Shown: positions 39,101 through 54,105 of the stretch, piece by piece
Layout: every line of letters starts with the position of its first letter
How positions within the stretch are numbered: position 1 is the stretch's first letter
Source: Tubiluchus corallicola
Taxonomy: Eukaryota; Animalia; Priapulida
Reading direction: 5' to 3'
Length of the DNA stretch: 64,000 nucleotides
NCBI GenBank assembly: GCA_030141605.1
Contig: JAQGDQ010000017.1
Coordinates: forward strand, 496,001-560,000
Program-made: the position numbers and the translations under genes
The notes under the pieces: generated by a model
Told to the model about the DNA's origin: nothing
What the model saw: the letters and a program-made list of their open reading frames with translations, nothing else
Databases searched by the model: none

Positions 39101-42100
39101 ACACTAACCATGACCACTCCTGGCACATTTGAAAAACGATGTGTGTAATCGCGTCGACGTTTCACACCAAAAATCAAGCATTTTTTCTTTTTAACATGGG
39201 CGTGAAATCGACCTGGCGCATCAGCATTGGCTACAATCAGGCGATTCCATCAAATCAGTGCAAAAAATCGCCAAAAACCTGCAAGAAAAATTGCTCGGGG
39301 CATAAACAGCATCGTCCATTAGAGTCTAAATACGGGTTAGGCAACGAAGGGCTATGACAGCCTCATTGACAAACCATGTAAAATCTAATTACAATGGCGT
39401 CCATCTTTTTACTGCCGGGTACAATGGTAACACTATCTTCATAGAAGAAATGCGGTCTTTCAAGTTTTGGCAAGCTGGCGCTTCTGGGATTGACAGAAAT
39501 ATATTATATTCGATAAGCAAAAAGAAAGAACGAGTACGGTTATTATAGCGTGAAGAATGATGTGCGATTGTTGATCGAGTGTTTGCTCCAATCTCCGTGT
39601 TTGTTAATGATTGTCTTAATGCTTCCGTAAAGATTTATACATTCTCCAAGCTTGATACGCAATAAAGGAAATCTTAAGTTATATAAAGGACGGCGACACA
39701 TAAAACTAATGTATCTTTACTTAAGTTTATTAGCAGTCTGGCATGTTTAATAAAGAGACAACGATCTTTTCAGACAAAAATTGCAGGCAGAGAAGTGACC
39801 CATTGGTCAAATTACCTATTGAATACGAAATTACCATATGCAAAATCTTTTGGATATCAAGTCAAAATGACTGAAATCAATGGAAATAAAAGCGCTGATG
39901 GGAAGTCTAGCATTATGAAAAGGCCAAACGAATTTACCAACGTTTGTTCAACCAAGGAAATAATTTGGACTAAATACCATTGATAATTGGAACAAGCTTA
40001 AAAGAAAAAGGATAAACCGCTGGAAGAAATTAATAATTCAGGTTATACAATGTTAGTAAGATTAAAATTCAGCTTGTTGTGAGTGATACCAAGTAATTTA
40101 GGATGTTTTAAAATAGAATTTAGATATGTCTTGTGAAAACGGAGAAAAATGACGAAATGCTTGATTATATCAACAGATTTATGCAATACTCTTTATAATA
40201 ATAAATTTGTGCAGATTTAATAATTCGTGTTGTTCATTGAATTAATTTCCTGACAATAAATTTGGGATTATAACATTACCATTATTAATTAGTCAGGAAA
40301 TAACAGCAAACAAATAAATCTTGAAATCTGAACCCAGAAATGACAAGTCTACAATTATTGTAATTATACTTTACGCCAACTTACATAGTTTAGCCGAAAC
40401 CTGAAATTTCAAGTGGTAAAAAACAGTGCCGCTCATTAATTGTTTTGCATGTGCTCGTGGTCATACATGAAAATCATTGTTCGTGATGTGAATAACACAC
40501 ACAAATGGTGTGTCACTGGAAGTGACAAATCAGGGTCAACAAGCAGCTCAGACCATACTGTTCATACTCCACACATTCAACTAACTGTTTAAAAACCCTT
40601 GCAACTGAATCGTTCGTTAGCCGAAATTATAACTAACGACTTCTCCAGATCCAATTTTAAATTTCAAACGAAACTCGAGTTGTTTTGTTTTTCAGCGAGC
40701 AAGAAAGGAGACCATTGGGTTACAGGGCCAGAATGGGTAACAATAACTTCAGGGGAGGGATAAAAACCATGTGAATACGGCTTTAATTGAAAAGTTTGTT
40801 TTGGATTATGGGTGGTCTGCTAGCACACAATGAGGCGTTTGAACAGATGAAGTTATCTTTGAGAAGAAACGGGAATACACCTTAATCTTGTTAGTCAAGA
40901 AAATGTTATATCTTTAGAAAAAATGTCAGTCTTTTGTTTTGAAACATGGAGTTACATTTATTCAAACTCGGCTAAACACTCGTTCAACTAGTGAACAATG
41001 CATGCAAATTTGTAAGAGGAAAGCCGAGAACAGCAGCAATTTTGATTGATTAGCAGAGCTCTGCTTAACTCAACTAACTCCACTCCCGAGAAGATTGTTG
41101 ACGATGACCACGACAATGATGGAAGTGTAGAAGACAGACAGCAACGACGCTGATAACAACAATGACGACGGTATGGATTAAGCAGGCGGGACAGCTTTTC
41201 AGCGCAGCACGTTTCGCGAAGCTCATTCACAGTCGCAATCAAAATTTAAATTGCACGCCACTCTGCCTAGATAACACAAAAAATAATAAAAATTGAATTC
41301 TAAAGAAGAGAAGATCCACAGAGCAACAATAATTACACAATGGCGACCTAAAGCGACACCACAAAAACACATGACAGCAGAACTTCCACACTTCCTAGCT
41401 ATGATTAAAAGCTGTCAGTAAAGCGTCCACGGTTATAGGTCCATCGACCCTATACCAGTAGTTCAATCATTTATAACACGCATATATTCTATAAAACACC
41501 GATTGTGTGAGATGTTTTTCATTATAAAAATGAATTTACTGCCTGCTTATAAAACTGCTTGCTCGGTTAGGTATTTCTCAAAATCTGGTTGACAAAGTGG
41601 CTGTTATGTTGTTAATAAATTGTATTACCGAAGAACCCATGCTATAAAACTTTAGCAAACAAAGCCTCTACAGGTGACCTAGCTTAGACAATAGAATTAA
41701 ACTTTCTTTCAACACTTTGTCAGTCCACAAAACTGTGTTATTGTTTTTATGGCGCAATACACGGTCTACGAGATATCAAATTTCTGAAAAGCCTCACGTT
41801 CAGAGTAGGCTAATCTTGTGGTAGTTCGGATTCAAACATTTCAAGGTGTTTCGAAACTGTTTAATAAGAAACACATGATTAATATGCATGACACTTGAAG
41901 AAAAATCAAATTTAAGCTTTTTGCACTGTGACTCAGCTGTTACCATGGTTACTTCATGGTCAAAATTTTTCAAGCAGTGTATTTAGTCTAGTTGAGTCAC
42001 ACAACCTGCTACATTTTGTGTGAAAAATCACCACTAATTACATGTTTAGTAGCAAGCAATTTTACGAATGTCCAAAAAGGAGCAAAACTTTGAAAGCTGA

Positions 42101-43258
42101 ATAACAGCAAACAGGTTTCGAGAATTTGGCAAGTTGCGTGCCCTGCAGTGTTAAAATAATGACAGGAGAATTAATTTTCTAATTTTCATCTCTAAGGTAA
42201 ATGACATCACTGTTTTCAAGTTTTGAGTCTTTCCCGAAGCAGTTGCAATACATATATAATAGAGAGCAGACAGCCAACGTGTTATACGTATCTATACCGT
42301 TTCAAAAGAATAGCAGTTTTATCAGAAAATCAGAAATATTCCTGAGCGCCCTACATACTTTTTGACGCATGGTAAAAAATTTGAGGAAAACTTGTATCCG
42401 CCACGTGCATTGTCATAGTGTGCTCTGAGTTTCCCAGTGGCAAACACTTTTTTGATTTTTAAGATTCTTTTTTAAAAAATTTCACTTTCAGCTAATTCTT
42501 AAATGGGACAAGAAGGACTTTTTTACTGGAACCCTGTTGCTATTGTCACGATAGTAACGATAGAAATGAGGTGTAAAATCAGCTTGTTATGACGTTACAT
42601 GAGTTCAATATACTCACTAACTGAAGTTCAATATAGTGTACCATATCGATCACATATTAGTCTCTCGCTATTAACCGTGTAGTTTTTAAACAAGGTGCAG
42701 CCCTTCGTTATTACTCAGAACAGAGTGAGTTAGTTAGTAAATACAAAAGTGCAAGCGTAAAAAATCGAAACCGAATCCGGTAAATAACTAAAGAAAAATG
42801 GCTAAAAAGGCACAACTAATTTGAAATCACAGCCCAAAATTAGGCTCTCTGTGGTTCAATACTAGTTTTTTTATTATACTACCTTTCTAGCCAGATACAC
42901 TGCTATTAAAAGCAAGCAGTCAACATCTACATTTACAAAACATACAGTAATAAGCAGCAATGTGTAAAATATTCAAAATGATCGTGTACACGTAGATTAC
43001 AACCGGATTAGATTCGCAAATCCGGATTTCGGTCTCGGTTGTGCCGGATCATGAACCGTGTTGTTTTACATTGTAAGTTGATGTAACGCATTGCTACAAA
43101 GCGACAAAGGACAAGGAACTGTGGTCATATAAGCTCTTCAGTTATTTAAGAGCATCATTGAGCCATCAAGGAATGCATGAATTTATCGAAGTGTTAAACA
43201 AGGCGACTAAGTGGCATTAAAAAGACTTGTCCGCTTCATTAAAGTCCAAGTATTTTTT

Positions 43259-43981
43259 ATTCAGTTCAATTCTATTTATTTCGCAGGACAAACAAGAAGT
43301 GCTTATACATCACAAAATACATAAATTAATATTAATTCTTAAAGCAAGTACGAATACAAAGATTTATTTTAGCGCAGGAGACCTAGGAAGCAAGGTTTAC
43401 AACAGGCCAACCGAATTAGTAATGAAAAAATATTTATTAATAACATATTACTGATAATTTGAAAAAATTATAATAGATGTTAGTAATAATTCATAATTAC
43501 GATATAAACTGAACGGTACAAGAAATGATAAATGTTTTAACATATTCATTAGGCATTTGTGGAGAAGGCAACACTTGATTAGACCATATCAAGATGTGCA
43601 CTAGAAATATATACAGATGAGAACTAAAATTTGCCCAAGAAGGCAACTTATTGAAAATGCAAACAAAAGTCGAGATAAAGTAATCAGTTAAATGTGCTTT
43701 ATATAGTTTTTTAAAGATAGACAGTGAGTTGACATCTTTAAAGCTGCAGCAATTTAATTTCATACATAAGGGTCATTATATTTGATCGAAAATATTCCTA
43801 GATTTGTGTTGCGATGTATACAGTGTCAGTTAAGTCTATATCGTGTATTATAATTGTGTAATTGAACATTCAAGCTAAAATTATAATCATTAAATAAGAG
43901 TGGCAATAATTAATGAGTGAATTTGTACATGGAAATTGCGGTTTGGATTTTATTGATGTCAGAAATATTTAGAACGTTTAG
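43259..43981 (-). mobile_element. 5'-truncated LINE (CR1/L2 group, Crack/Daphne-like), ORF2 C-terminus plus 3'UTR, decayed
   Basis: The minus frame reads LNVLNISDINKIQTAISMYKFTH*LLPLLF...LHNYNTR...FSIKYNDPYV*N then, after a frameshift, KDVNSLSIFKKLYKAHL, the typical ORF2 tail. It ends in an AATAAA-(TTGAA)-like tail near 43259-43280. Confidence 0.8.
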
Positions 43982-45699
43982 TCGTTTTGTTTAGTTTAGT
44001 TTAATTTACAAATAGAAACTTGCGAATGAGAAAATTTAGTAAGATTTAGGAAGTAATAATAACAACTGAAGCAAAAGTAGATCCATCAAAAAGGTAAATA
44101 GTTTCTTTAATTACAATGGCAATAACACAGACATATTTCTGGAAATGTGTCCTAATAGAAGCGGGCCATAAACAAAACAAATCAAAACCTGGTTAAAGTT
44201 TAATGCAACACAATTGCATCACGTGATAAAACTGTCATACGAAACGTCATCAATCAAATCAGAGGCCAACCATAAAATGATGCACTTAGAACAAAAATTT
44301 GAAACAGCTCAGCCCACATTTATAGTGTAAATTAATTATTGGCAACACTCCTGATGAACTCAACCTTTATAAAAGCAAATCCCAGTGCACCACATACAAT
44401 CCTGCTAATGATTTTGAATAAAAAACAGGAAAGAAACTTTTCAGCAGTTTCCAACTATCGTTCACAAATACTGAAAAAAGGGCAGTGAGGTAAACTAATA
44501 GAGCTCTTAGGTAAGCTACTGAAATAACGTTGCGTAATAAACAATCAACACGCAAGCAAACAAACAAACAAAAACAAAGAAACAAGTAAACAAAATAAAA
44601 AGCACTGTAGCCTAGCGAATGAATATATATAAACAAAATAATGACCACATGAACAAACAAGCAAAAATACAAAACGAGAAATGCAGCAATTTTCTGACAG
44701 CAATATCAATCGTGCACATATCATCTACAAAACAGACGCTGATAACCCTTCACTCCTCGCTTAAAATGGGAGACGCCAACCCGATGCGGAAATTACTCCC
44801 TCATTAGTCAGCGCCATTAATATCTGTTTGTGAATAATTACTGTGAACCTGCAAGTAATTCACTGATTATCATGGCAAGTGCAGCCTAGCCAGATTTAAT
44901 TTCCCACTTTTCTGCCCAAAAATTAGGCGTACAGTTAATTAGCATTCAGAAGAGATGAAGCCAACTCAAATTGGACACTAGGGGACGCGATTAATTGGCT
45001 CTACCTGTCAAAATGAATTTTAATTATCTCCAGAAGAAAAATTACGAGCCATCAATTTGTGTAAACGGAGATGCCAAACGTAATGTTCATAACAACGCTG
45101 AGAAATGGGATTGCTGCTAGTACAGGTTTTGTGAAATACTGATTTTTTGGCACGTATCGATTTTTGCGAGTAAAATAATCAAATCGGAACACAAGTTCCA
45201 ATTTCAGTACATCTCTAAAGCGGAGTCTGACACTAGAAGTAATATGAGACTCTGCTGCTTTACAAACGGATCTCTAGGTGTTTTTAAATTAACTTCGATG
45301 TAATGTTCCTGATTTTACCAGTGCATTTGTAGACTGTACAGTATGATGTAAAGAATTTTTTTTAAATCAATATTCACATTTTGTACACTTTTACTCTTTT
45401 AGTCAGTACGTCAACTTTTACTAGCAGTGACTGCCTTGAAATTTCGATTATTAATAGACAGATGAAATAATGGACATATTTAGTTTGTTTTTACTTCGCC
45501 GTCTTTTATCACTCTCAGTAATCTAATCATTTTTAATATAATGTAAAGTATGTATTATACTGCAGAAAGTGTGCAATTGTGTATATGGAAATAAACCTAT
45601 AAATAAATTAATAAACTTATGAAAGCCTGGCAAGGGAAGATGACACACCACATTAGAAAAGAAAGGGTGCTGCGTCATAGTACATATATACAACTATCG

Positions 45700-46070
45700 T
45701 CAGGCAACACGCAACAGTGTTGCCTGATATGAAGCGCTGTCTAATGTGAAGCTTATGCTAACCTGCTGACGACATTGGTTTGATTTCATTAAGCTAAACG
45801 AGGAAATAGTTCTCCCGCTTTGATGATATTTTTGCACCTGTCCAAGTATCCAGGTGAGAAATGATGAATCACTTGATATCATCAATGTGCTCAACAAGCC
45901 AACAGCTGTATAAATTTCGAATAATATCATTATGGATAGGCTGTAGTTGTGCTGATAAAGCACGATTAACGCTTAAGTTCTTGTAATAACTATACATAGG
46001 TGGTACGACTGTTTGATCAGTTGCTGTCATGCCTAGAAAATTCTTGGATCTCAGTAATTCACCCAAAAAA
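45700..46070 (-). pseudogene. Possible decayed hAT transposase fragment
   Basis: YKNLSVNRALSAQLQP...HIDDIK*FIISHLDTWTG loosely resembles the hAT Y..PSR..LS / D.WT motifs. Weak. Confidence 0.3.
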
Positions 46071-49000
46071 CCAGAACAAGCATTGATTCAATCTACGTTT
46101 ACTTAATGTACCTAGTAAGAGAATGACTTCTGTCGTTCAGTGCAAACCATAGTAGATAAACCAGATAAATGCATTAACTGGTGACTACCTTCTTTGATTT
46201 CCCAATGAGAAATCCATGATTCGGCTTATGAACTACAATGGGGACATACGTTTTGTCTAAGAGGCTTCCATCTACATTACAGAAATTTTATCACCATTAA
46301 CAGAAGCTGGTGGCCTGGTGCGGTCTGGCTAAAATTTCATAGACTTAATCACGGTCCTTTATGCTGTTCCCACAGTCCAGGCGACACCGCCCATGCCCCA
46401 GCCTCCTACAATCCAGACGACACCGCCCATGTCCAGACAGTCACAGCGTGGATAAAGCATTATAACGGCACGTGCAGTGGCAGTTATTTTAATCACATAT
46501 GAACAGATGGCTAGTGGCCAATACTGATTACATGGCATGCAATTTACACTAGCTATGTTTTATTACTGGATAGGACAGTATAACGGCCTTCCGTGGCTGG
46601 CTGAATTAACGCTGCTGTGTTACATAACCTGTATAAACCATAATCATTGCATCTATTGTGTTATTATTCATGCGAAGTATTTTCAATATCTGTGTGCAGT
46701 GCTCTGTTTGCATGGGGCCATGGCTAGGTTACGTACTATTGTCCTTATTCATATCTCTCCTCTCAGTCTCGTTACGGTCTGTCAGAAAACAAAGTAGATC
46801 TATGATTGTGAACAGCTCGCAAATGCAAAAAATGATACATTTACGCGTAGGAATAATAACAGCTTTTTAAGTGAGTAAAATTGCTAGAGTTCGTGAGCCA
46901 TTTTGTATGGAGGACTGACAATTGCAAGCAGCCGAAGGTTGATGCATAACATTGGTGCCCTGTAATTTGGTAACTAAATAAAATTCCCACTTAGCTGATT
47001 ATCTTGTGTCACGCCATTTAACTAATTTGTACGACAATTTAATCGTACACTTTACCATGCAGGCATCTACAAATTATAGTGTCAACGCGTGCAGAAATGC
47101 AGAAATTAACTTTAATTGTAGCTTGTTCAGGCGTACGGTCAGTCGGTCACTAAAAATAAAGTTTTCGAGAAAGTTTTGCTATGTGGGCTGATTATCAATG
47201 TTTAGAAGTAACTCGCAGTAATACTCCCTACAAGTTTTGAACACGCTTGCTGCGATCTACTGCGAGTTTACTTGGCAAGAAAACTCGCTTGTCTTAACGC
47301 ACCGTTATGGATAGTAGGCCTGGCCTGCGAGCCAACAAGAACATTATGAAAACATTCAAAACAGCACTTGACTGAATCAAAAGTTAACAACTTAATCCAA
47401 CTAAAATTAATCAAATGATTAGTACATAAAAAAGAAGTTTCCAGGCAGTAGAATGTTCTGAATGAAAATCGACGTGTGGAGCAAAGTTAATGCTGACCAG
47501 ACGTGCATTCTATACAACTAGACCGGAAATTCCAAACATTGCCTCACGACCTTTCAGAAGCCCTCCAAAGATAATTTCTTCTTTTTCATCAAGTTCCTCA
47601 CTAGACAGGCGGACGGTACAATATAACGCCATTGAATTTAAAGGTCTTGACTGGTATGACAAAATTCTTTAACAGCGTATTACTTTAAAATGTAGTTCAA
47701 ACTGAAATATGTTTTACAGATATATTCTTTGCATTAGCGAAGGAGAGGATCCCATAGGAGAGGATTCTTTGCATTAACTTTATATTGGGCATAAATATCA
47801 CAAAAAAACGACACGGTCTGTACCAAATTTCGCAGATTTCGCATAAATTCAATAGTTACAAAGTGGGAATTAAGAATCTGACAGTTTGCTACAATTGAAG
47901 TCAAATTACAAGAGAAAATTAGTGAAACATGTACTTAATTAATACTTAGTTAAGAATCTTACAGATTACTGACTCAACTATAAACAGGCCTACAACTATA
48001 AAGTAAAACTACTCACCTAGTTAGAATGTACGGTTTTTTGATAGCGTACAAGCAGATTATTTTCGAAATGTACGAAGTTCAACAAATGATATCTTTTCAT
48101 AATGCATATTTATTCTCTTTCCAGTTTTAAGATGATAAGCAGAAATTTGTCCCTTTGTCGACACAGACGTAATTATTTATAATCAGAAATAATTTTTTAC
48201 GCTACTAACAAAATGGTCTACACGTCTTGCAGGTTCCACACAGGTCAGAATAGTATTGAAGGACACGATTCAGCTAAGACGTTAACAATATGTTAATAAG
48301 TTATGCAGAGGACCGCTCACGCACTTGAAAATAAGGCAAAATCACACAATACATAAATAAGAATGGACTTATGATGGATCCCTAACGTACACCAACAATC
48401 GCGGATTGCTTGGCAAATACTAGCGTAATCTTGACCACCTATGACCTCACTACTGTCAATACCTCGGGGAGCTAAACATAGCGCACGCTAGTGTTTCCTT
48501 TAGTCTATCACTAGCTGTGTATATTATCCGTAACACTATACGCAAGTTGCGCAATGAGCGTCTTCAGAATACTCTTGTACAGACAATTGCTAAGGAGCAG
48601 TTATTGTATTAAAGCCTGCAGTTTGCAATCCTCAATAAAACTTCTGAATGTTGAATTTGGTTTCCCGCCATGTCCGAAAAGGCTCAAAGTGCTGTAATAA
48701 AGAGCTTTAAATATGTATGTTAATTATATTATCTCCAACACGGCTCAGCTGCTCTAACACTTGGCTAGGCTTACTCCACAGTCCACACAGAAGTTGACCA
48801 CCAGCAACCTAGATGTACGATATCCAATAGTTATCCTTCATTAGATAAAGCACTGCTAAGAAATGGTCACCGTTAAGAAACTCACACAAGGTCGATAACT
48901 CACTGATATTTTTCTTCAAATTTGTGGTTAATCGAGCTAATTAAAAGTCAGCACAAATACACAAAAAGATATCAATCCACAATGTCAGAAATTGTTTTTG

Positions 49001-50059
49001 AAATCAGGTTTGTGCGATGACTCACAAATACAGCAGCACACACTAAGTTATTATCATTCAAGAATTGCAATATGTGCCAGCAGTGTACACAAAGTGGATC
49101 TTTCTATAGAATCCCTTGCAGGAAATGCACCACAACCGAACTGAGGAGGACAATAACGCCTTCTCTACTGCAGCAGGACGGCGTAATGAGAAATCGCCTC
49201 GCTCCGCTGCTCCGTCGGCAGACGAACATCGTGGATTGATCGATTCCAGCCCGGGGGGAGGAAGGCAGTTACGATGGGCTGAGTCAAGCATTCGATGACA
49301 TGTGGTCAAAGCCTCAAAAAAGTCAAAATTGCTATACCATCTGGAAGATTGTTCTTATTCGCTTGGTTCAAAATCAGCATTGGAAAGAAAAAGGAAAAAC
49401 GGCAAATCGATTTCTTCTTTTGATATACTACAGCAGCAGGATACCAGCATTCGTACATTTATGCTGGCATTCATAGTTTATTATCTGCACTCCTATGAGT
49501 ACTCAGATTCGTATTTGAATTAAACGTTCTCATACAGTTATTATATTATAATGGCTGGTAATGTGTAGCTTTGAATTACATGGAAATTCGTCTAATTTTA
49601 TCTGTTTTTGGCTTTTACTAATACCGAATGAGACTTAATCTCCAAACTGTGATTGCCAAAGACAAAATCAATCACTAATGTTATATAACCGGTCTAATGT
49701 AAATCATATCCCTAATAAAGCCATCCCTACAAGAATTTTAGCTGCAAGAAGTTTAGGTGAACATAACCCAAGGCCTAAAGGTTACATATGCGAAAAAAAT
49801 TCATTTTTGCACTGCGGCGTTCTAAAAAACGCCATAATAAGCGGCTTTCTAAACAAAACTATTAGTTACGACATGAGGAGTGTCAGGATAATTTGTGGTT
49901 AGTTATTATCTTGTCCAGGTGTCAACTGTGTATGAGCAGACGTGACAACGGTATCTGGCCAAGCTGTAATTACAACTAACAAAGTGTAGACGGAAGATAA
50001 GACATAGTTCAATAATCTTATCATGAACTGGCTACCGTTCTCACACAATTTACCCCAGC

Positions 50060-50405
50060 AAAGTGATTACATATGCCTTAACTACGTAAAAGTAGGGATT
50101 GTTTCGATCCCGAAAAACAACGATGCCAAAGGGGCGACGCAATAACACTTATTTCGGTAACTACTAGTAACTAGAATAAAATGTTTCTACAATTTCAAGA
50201 GGAAAAAAAGAATATTTTCGAATCTCTACAGATGGTGTACCAACAAAAGTTAAATCTGTAACTGATGCAATTACTAAAACTGCGATTTTTATGTGCAAAT
50301 ACTTAAAAAAGAAGAATAGGTGTAAGAACCTTATTCTTAGATTTTAGCTTACTTTTCAATACTGTGCAACCTGACTTGTTAGTTAATAAGCTCCTGCGAG
50401 AATAA
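50060..50405 (+). mobile_element. Rex1/Babar-like LINE reverse-transcriptase fragment, decayed
   Basis: Frameshifted motifs occur in canonical order: IVSIPKN, SLQMVY, SVTDAI, VRTLFLDFSLLFNTVQPDLLVNKL. Confidence 0.75.
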
Positions 50406-53159
50406 GTGTTGCTCATTTCATCAAATACAGTGCTTCACTCTAAAATGCATCGAAAACTAAAGATTCGTTCATGATTTCCCAGCAAAGATATGCAATATAG
50501 GTGCCGCCGAATTGTAAATTTATCAGTTTGCAATAAATTTAATTTATTGCGTAATTTGGCTGTTAAGATGTCAAAAGAATGACTAAAACACATTTTTAGC
50601 AGGACAGATTGAAAAGCATTAGTTAGGAATGGAGGAAAGCGGCAAAGCACACCTCATTCCGTCCAGTGCTTTCCCAGTTGTAACCGGAACTATGTGTTTA
50701 TTTCCTCAGTTGCCATGTTTATCCACTCAAACGCCTGGAGTGTGGATAACTGGATGACTGCCCGCTAGGAGGCGTACCGTCCCGTGGAGCGGCGCAGTTT
50801 GCGTGTTTGGATTGGGGTAATTTGCAACGGAATGTCTTCGACTGGAAAGGTTACGTAATGGGCCAGTCAGCTGATATGAGGCGTTGAGAAAGGCAGCCAG
50901 AGAAATTCCTGTCTGCAAATGATATACTGCAACATTCCAACGGCAACAAGAGCATGTATGAGTGCATGAATTCAAACATACTAATTGGGATAAATCTCTA
51001 ACAAAAGTCAAAAGTTGGAAACTTAATACAGTTATTATACACTTCGAACTGGCAAACTGCAGAACCGGGTCCAAAACTTTCTGTACATGAACAAATTCAG
51101 GGGAAGTGAGGTGAGAACTGTGACAAGTCGACACAAAAAAAGAAGTACTGGTGGTATGCAAAATTAATTCAAATGACATTCATATTCTGTTTTAAGAATA
51201 TTCTTAAAGCTCGACTTAAAACGTCAGTTTTGTAATAGTTGTCTATTCTGTAACTGTGTTTATTATTACCCTGGAGTATATCACTGTAATGTACACCCCT
51301 ATCTGGATTGACATCTGTTTCAGATTTTACTTTTATGATTTTTAAATAAGATCTTTACATACTGAGGGTTAAAAATGAGCTACATTTCAGACTTGCCACA
51401 GACATCTAAACTGGCGTTACGTGCTTGATTCCTAGTTCCCGTGAACCGAAATATACGAAGTTTTCTAAAAATTTCCACGTTTCTGCGTACTGAATGCTAC
51501 ATAGCTTCAGTCTTTTCAATGCCGTTTCTTAGTATCAACTATCGGCTAAAATTCACCAAGTTTAGATCAGCAATGACATTATCCAGTTTCCATGAAATCA
51601 ACTATAAGGCTATAAAGCATAAACACTGAAAATTGAAAGAGTCACTATCGCTGCCGAAATCACAAACTTTGGCGCTGCAGTCTCTGTTCTACACGGTTGC
51701 TATAGCATCCTTCAGCATCTGCATCTTTATCCCGTCGTCGCGGAAAGATTATTACAGCCTCTTAACCCATAAATTTGAAATAAATAATAAACAAGACGGA
51801 AAAGAATCAAATTACACGAGCTGAGGGCGTAGCCATTGACGGAAAGGGAAAAGGTGAAAATATTAAAGGGAGAAATAATTATAAGCTGCCTTAGCGGCAA
51901 TAAAATAAAAGCAATAGATGTAACACAGACATTAGTTGTTGTTATTCGCTATGTACAAGTCATCTGGCACTCAAAGGCAGTATTTGGTGTTCTGAGTAAC
52001 ACGATTAATTCTTAAGTTCCCAGAGAAATTTACTGAAATAACTAATGTAACACCACACAAAAACTACTATGAAGGAAGATGAAGAATAAAAGATGACATC
52101 ATCTACAAAATGACTGATATCATTTACATATAGTATATGCGAAAAATATGGCTTGTACAATGCTGCCTCTACGAGGAGAATTGTCTTTCACATGACTGAT
52201 TGGCTTCATTAAATTGTCCCAGGAAATACAGCGAAGAAGTTCAATACGCAAAAACCGCTTGTCCCTGACAAGTGAACTTCTACACGTATTAGGTACAATT
52301 GTGCGTTATCTACAAGTCCATTAAAACACTTCTGCAATATTTACGATACTTTCACGAGCAAGAGGTTAACAACACTTTGCAAGAGGTTAACGACATTCTT
52401 GAATTTGAAAATTATCAATGATCTATTTCAGTTTTTACCATTAGAACAGGTAACTACAATTTGTAGGGTATGATACAAAAATCGCTGGTATTGTTCCCGC
52501 CGGTATCATGTAGTAGTTCATGTCACTTTACTGCTCTAATTACCAACTGATGAATTCGTTTCGCAAGAAGTAACAAAGTGTTATTTCAACATGAACTCTC
52601 TCGTCTTAATATGAAATGATCCCTTTCTCGCAAAGGAGCCTTCAAGAGCGTCTTGAGTCTTGACTGCTTAGCCACTAAACAATAGATATTCTACCACATT
52701 TCTGATGATTCAGCGGCTGAGTGCCATCCTCTGAGGAGTCATTTAGCATGTTGACATGAAATTGAATTCCATTTATGGAAAGGGAATTTGTGTATAATTT
52801 GGAACGAACAGCCACTCAGAGCCAAGAAGGTAGTAAACTTAAAAACTACAGAACACGAAGACGGGAGCAAGAACAAAAACTTTCTTTGGTAAGGAAGAGC
52901 CACCAAAATGACAGAAGAGTGGCAGATCACCGCAGACGAGAAACCTAGAAGGATAAAGTCCATTACTTCTAAAACGAAACCAATGAGAAATCAATGCTCA
53001 GATGCCATACAGCTTTAGAATTCCAGGTTTTCAGAACTACACTATAACAAAAGTAGACAGTGAAAAAAATGTCTCCCTCCCTGGCACGCACCTTTTGGCG
53101 GGAAATTTCGCTTGGTAAGGCGTTCTCAGCTAAATCAAATTTCACTACCAGTACAAAAA

Positions 53160-53260
53160 TCATTATTATCATCGTCGTCGTCATGGTTGTCGTCATCATC
53201 ATCCCCTACCATCTGATTATCATAGATTGTCATCATTGCCATCATCATCACCATCATGGC
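53160..53260. repeat. Degenerate (CAT/CGT)n trinucleotide repeat
   Basis: Directly visible. It explains the spurious poly-His/Ile ORFs. Confidence 0.8.
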
Positions 53261-53546
53261 CACAATGTCTGCTAAAACCTCGGTATTTGTAATGCCCGTC
53301 TTTCAAGTCGTTGACAAAGCATCTTTTTGCACAGTTAGAAGGACTCTACCCAATCTGTATACGAGCCAACTGCAAAACCAAGGTCGCGGACAGCCCAAAT
53401 GTTGGTTTACATATCCGTAGACACATTGTATACAATCTCACGAACGCACATTTGTAAAATATAGCGCTTTTAACAGAATAACGCTAGCCACCGGTGACAG
53501 ATTGTTTTTACAAGTGCAAGAACACTCGGAGGGTGAAGTGGGTGGT

Positions 53547-54105
53547 TTTTCAAACTACATGTTACAAACCACTTCTAAGCTGAAAAATCAACTAAGAGGC
53601 ACAAAAATCCCCCCAAAAAATCTCAAAAAAACTAACAGAAGTTACAAGGTTATACTCTGTGGCTTAAAACAGTATATCAGGCAGCTTTTCAAACTACATG
53701 TTACAAACCACTCCTACAAAGCAACAGAAATTTTATTTCTTTACCTTTTATTCACATGTGTTTTGCTCAAACAATACAATCACGTTAATGACTTAGTAGG
53801 AAAAAGAACCTTATTATAACTCTCACAACATTCAAAAAGGAAAATGGATGCAACGGTTCAAAACGTTCCAAACTTGCAACTAAAATTTAAGCCATGAAAA
53901 GTTTACATAAACCAAACAAGAAAAAATTGAGAGACTAACTTTGACAATTATAATTTCGATTCTCCAACATCTAAAAAAGAATAAGCCTATTCTAAGCTGA
54001 AAACTCAACTAAGAGACAGGCACAAAAATTCACCAAAAATTCTCAAAAAACTAACAGAAGGTTACAAGGTTACATTCTGGGGTTTGAAAGAGTTTATCAG
54101 GCAGC
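53547..54105. repeat. Nested direct repeats (~113 bp at ~53573 and ~53990; 27 bp at ~53547 and ~53686)
   Basis: TTCTAAGCTGAAAA...TATCAGGCAGC occurs twice and TTTTCAAACTACATGTTACAAACCACT occurs twice. Confidence 0.85.

Noticed and set aside
39600-40280. Possible very old LINE ORF2 relic on the plus strand
   Set aside because: No motif clear enough to support a call by eye.
47206-47303. Inverted repeat AAGTAACTCGCAGTA/TACTGCGAGTTTACTT
   Set aside because: Probably the subterminal repeats of a decayed MITE; only one plausible end is visible.
49058-49309. 83-aa minus-strand ORF as an N-terminal prickle exon
   Set aside because: No homology and no in-frame donor found. Better explained as GC-rich promoter or UTR sequence.
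50717-50750. Inverted TTATCCAC/TGTGGATAA (DnaA-box-like) pair
   Set aside because: No bacterial context; most likely a short chance or TE-derived hairpin.
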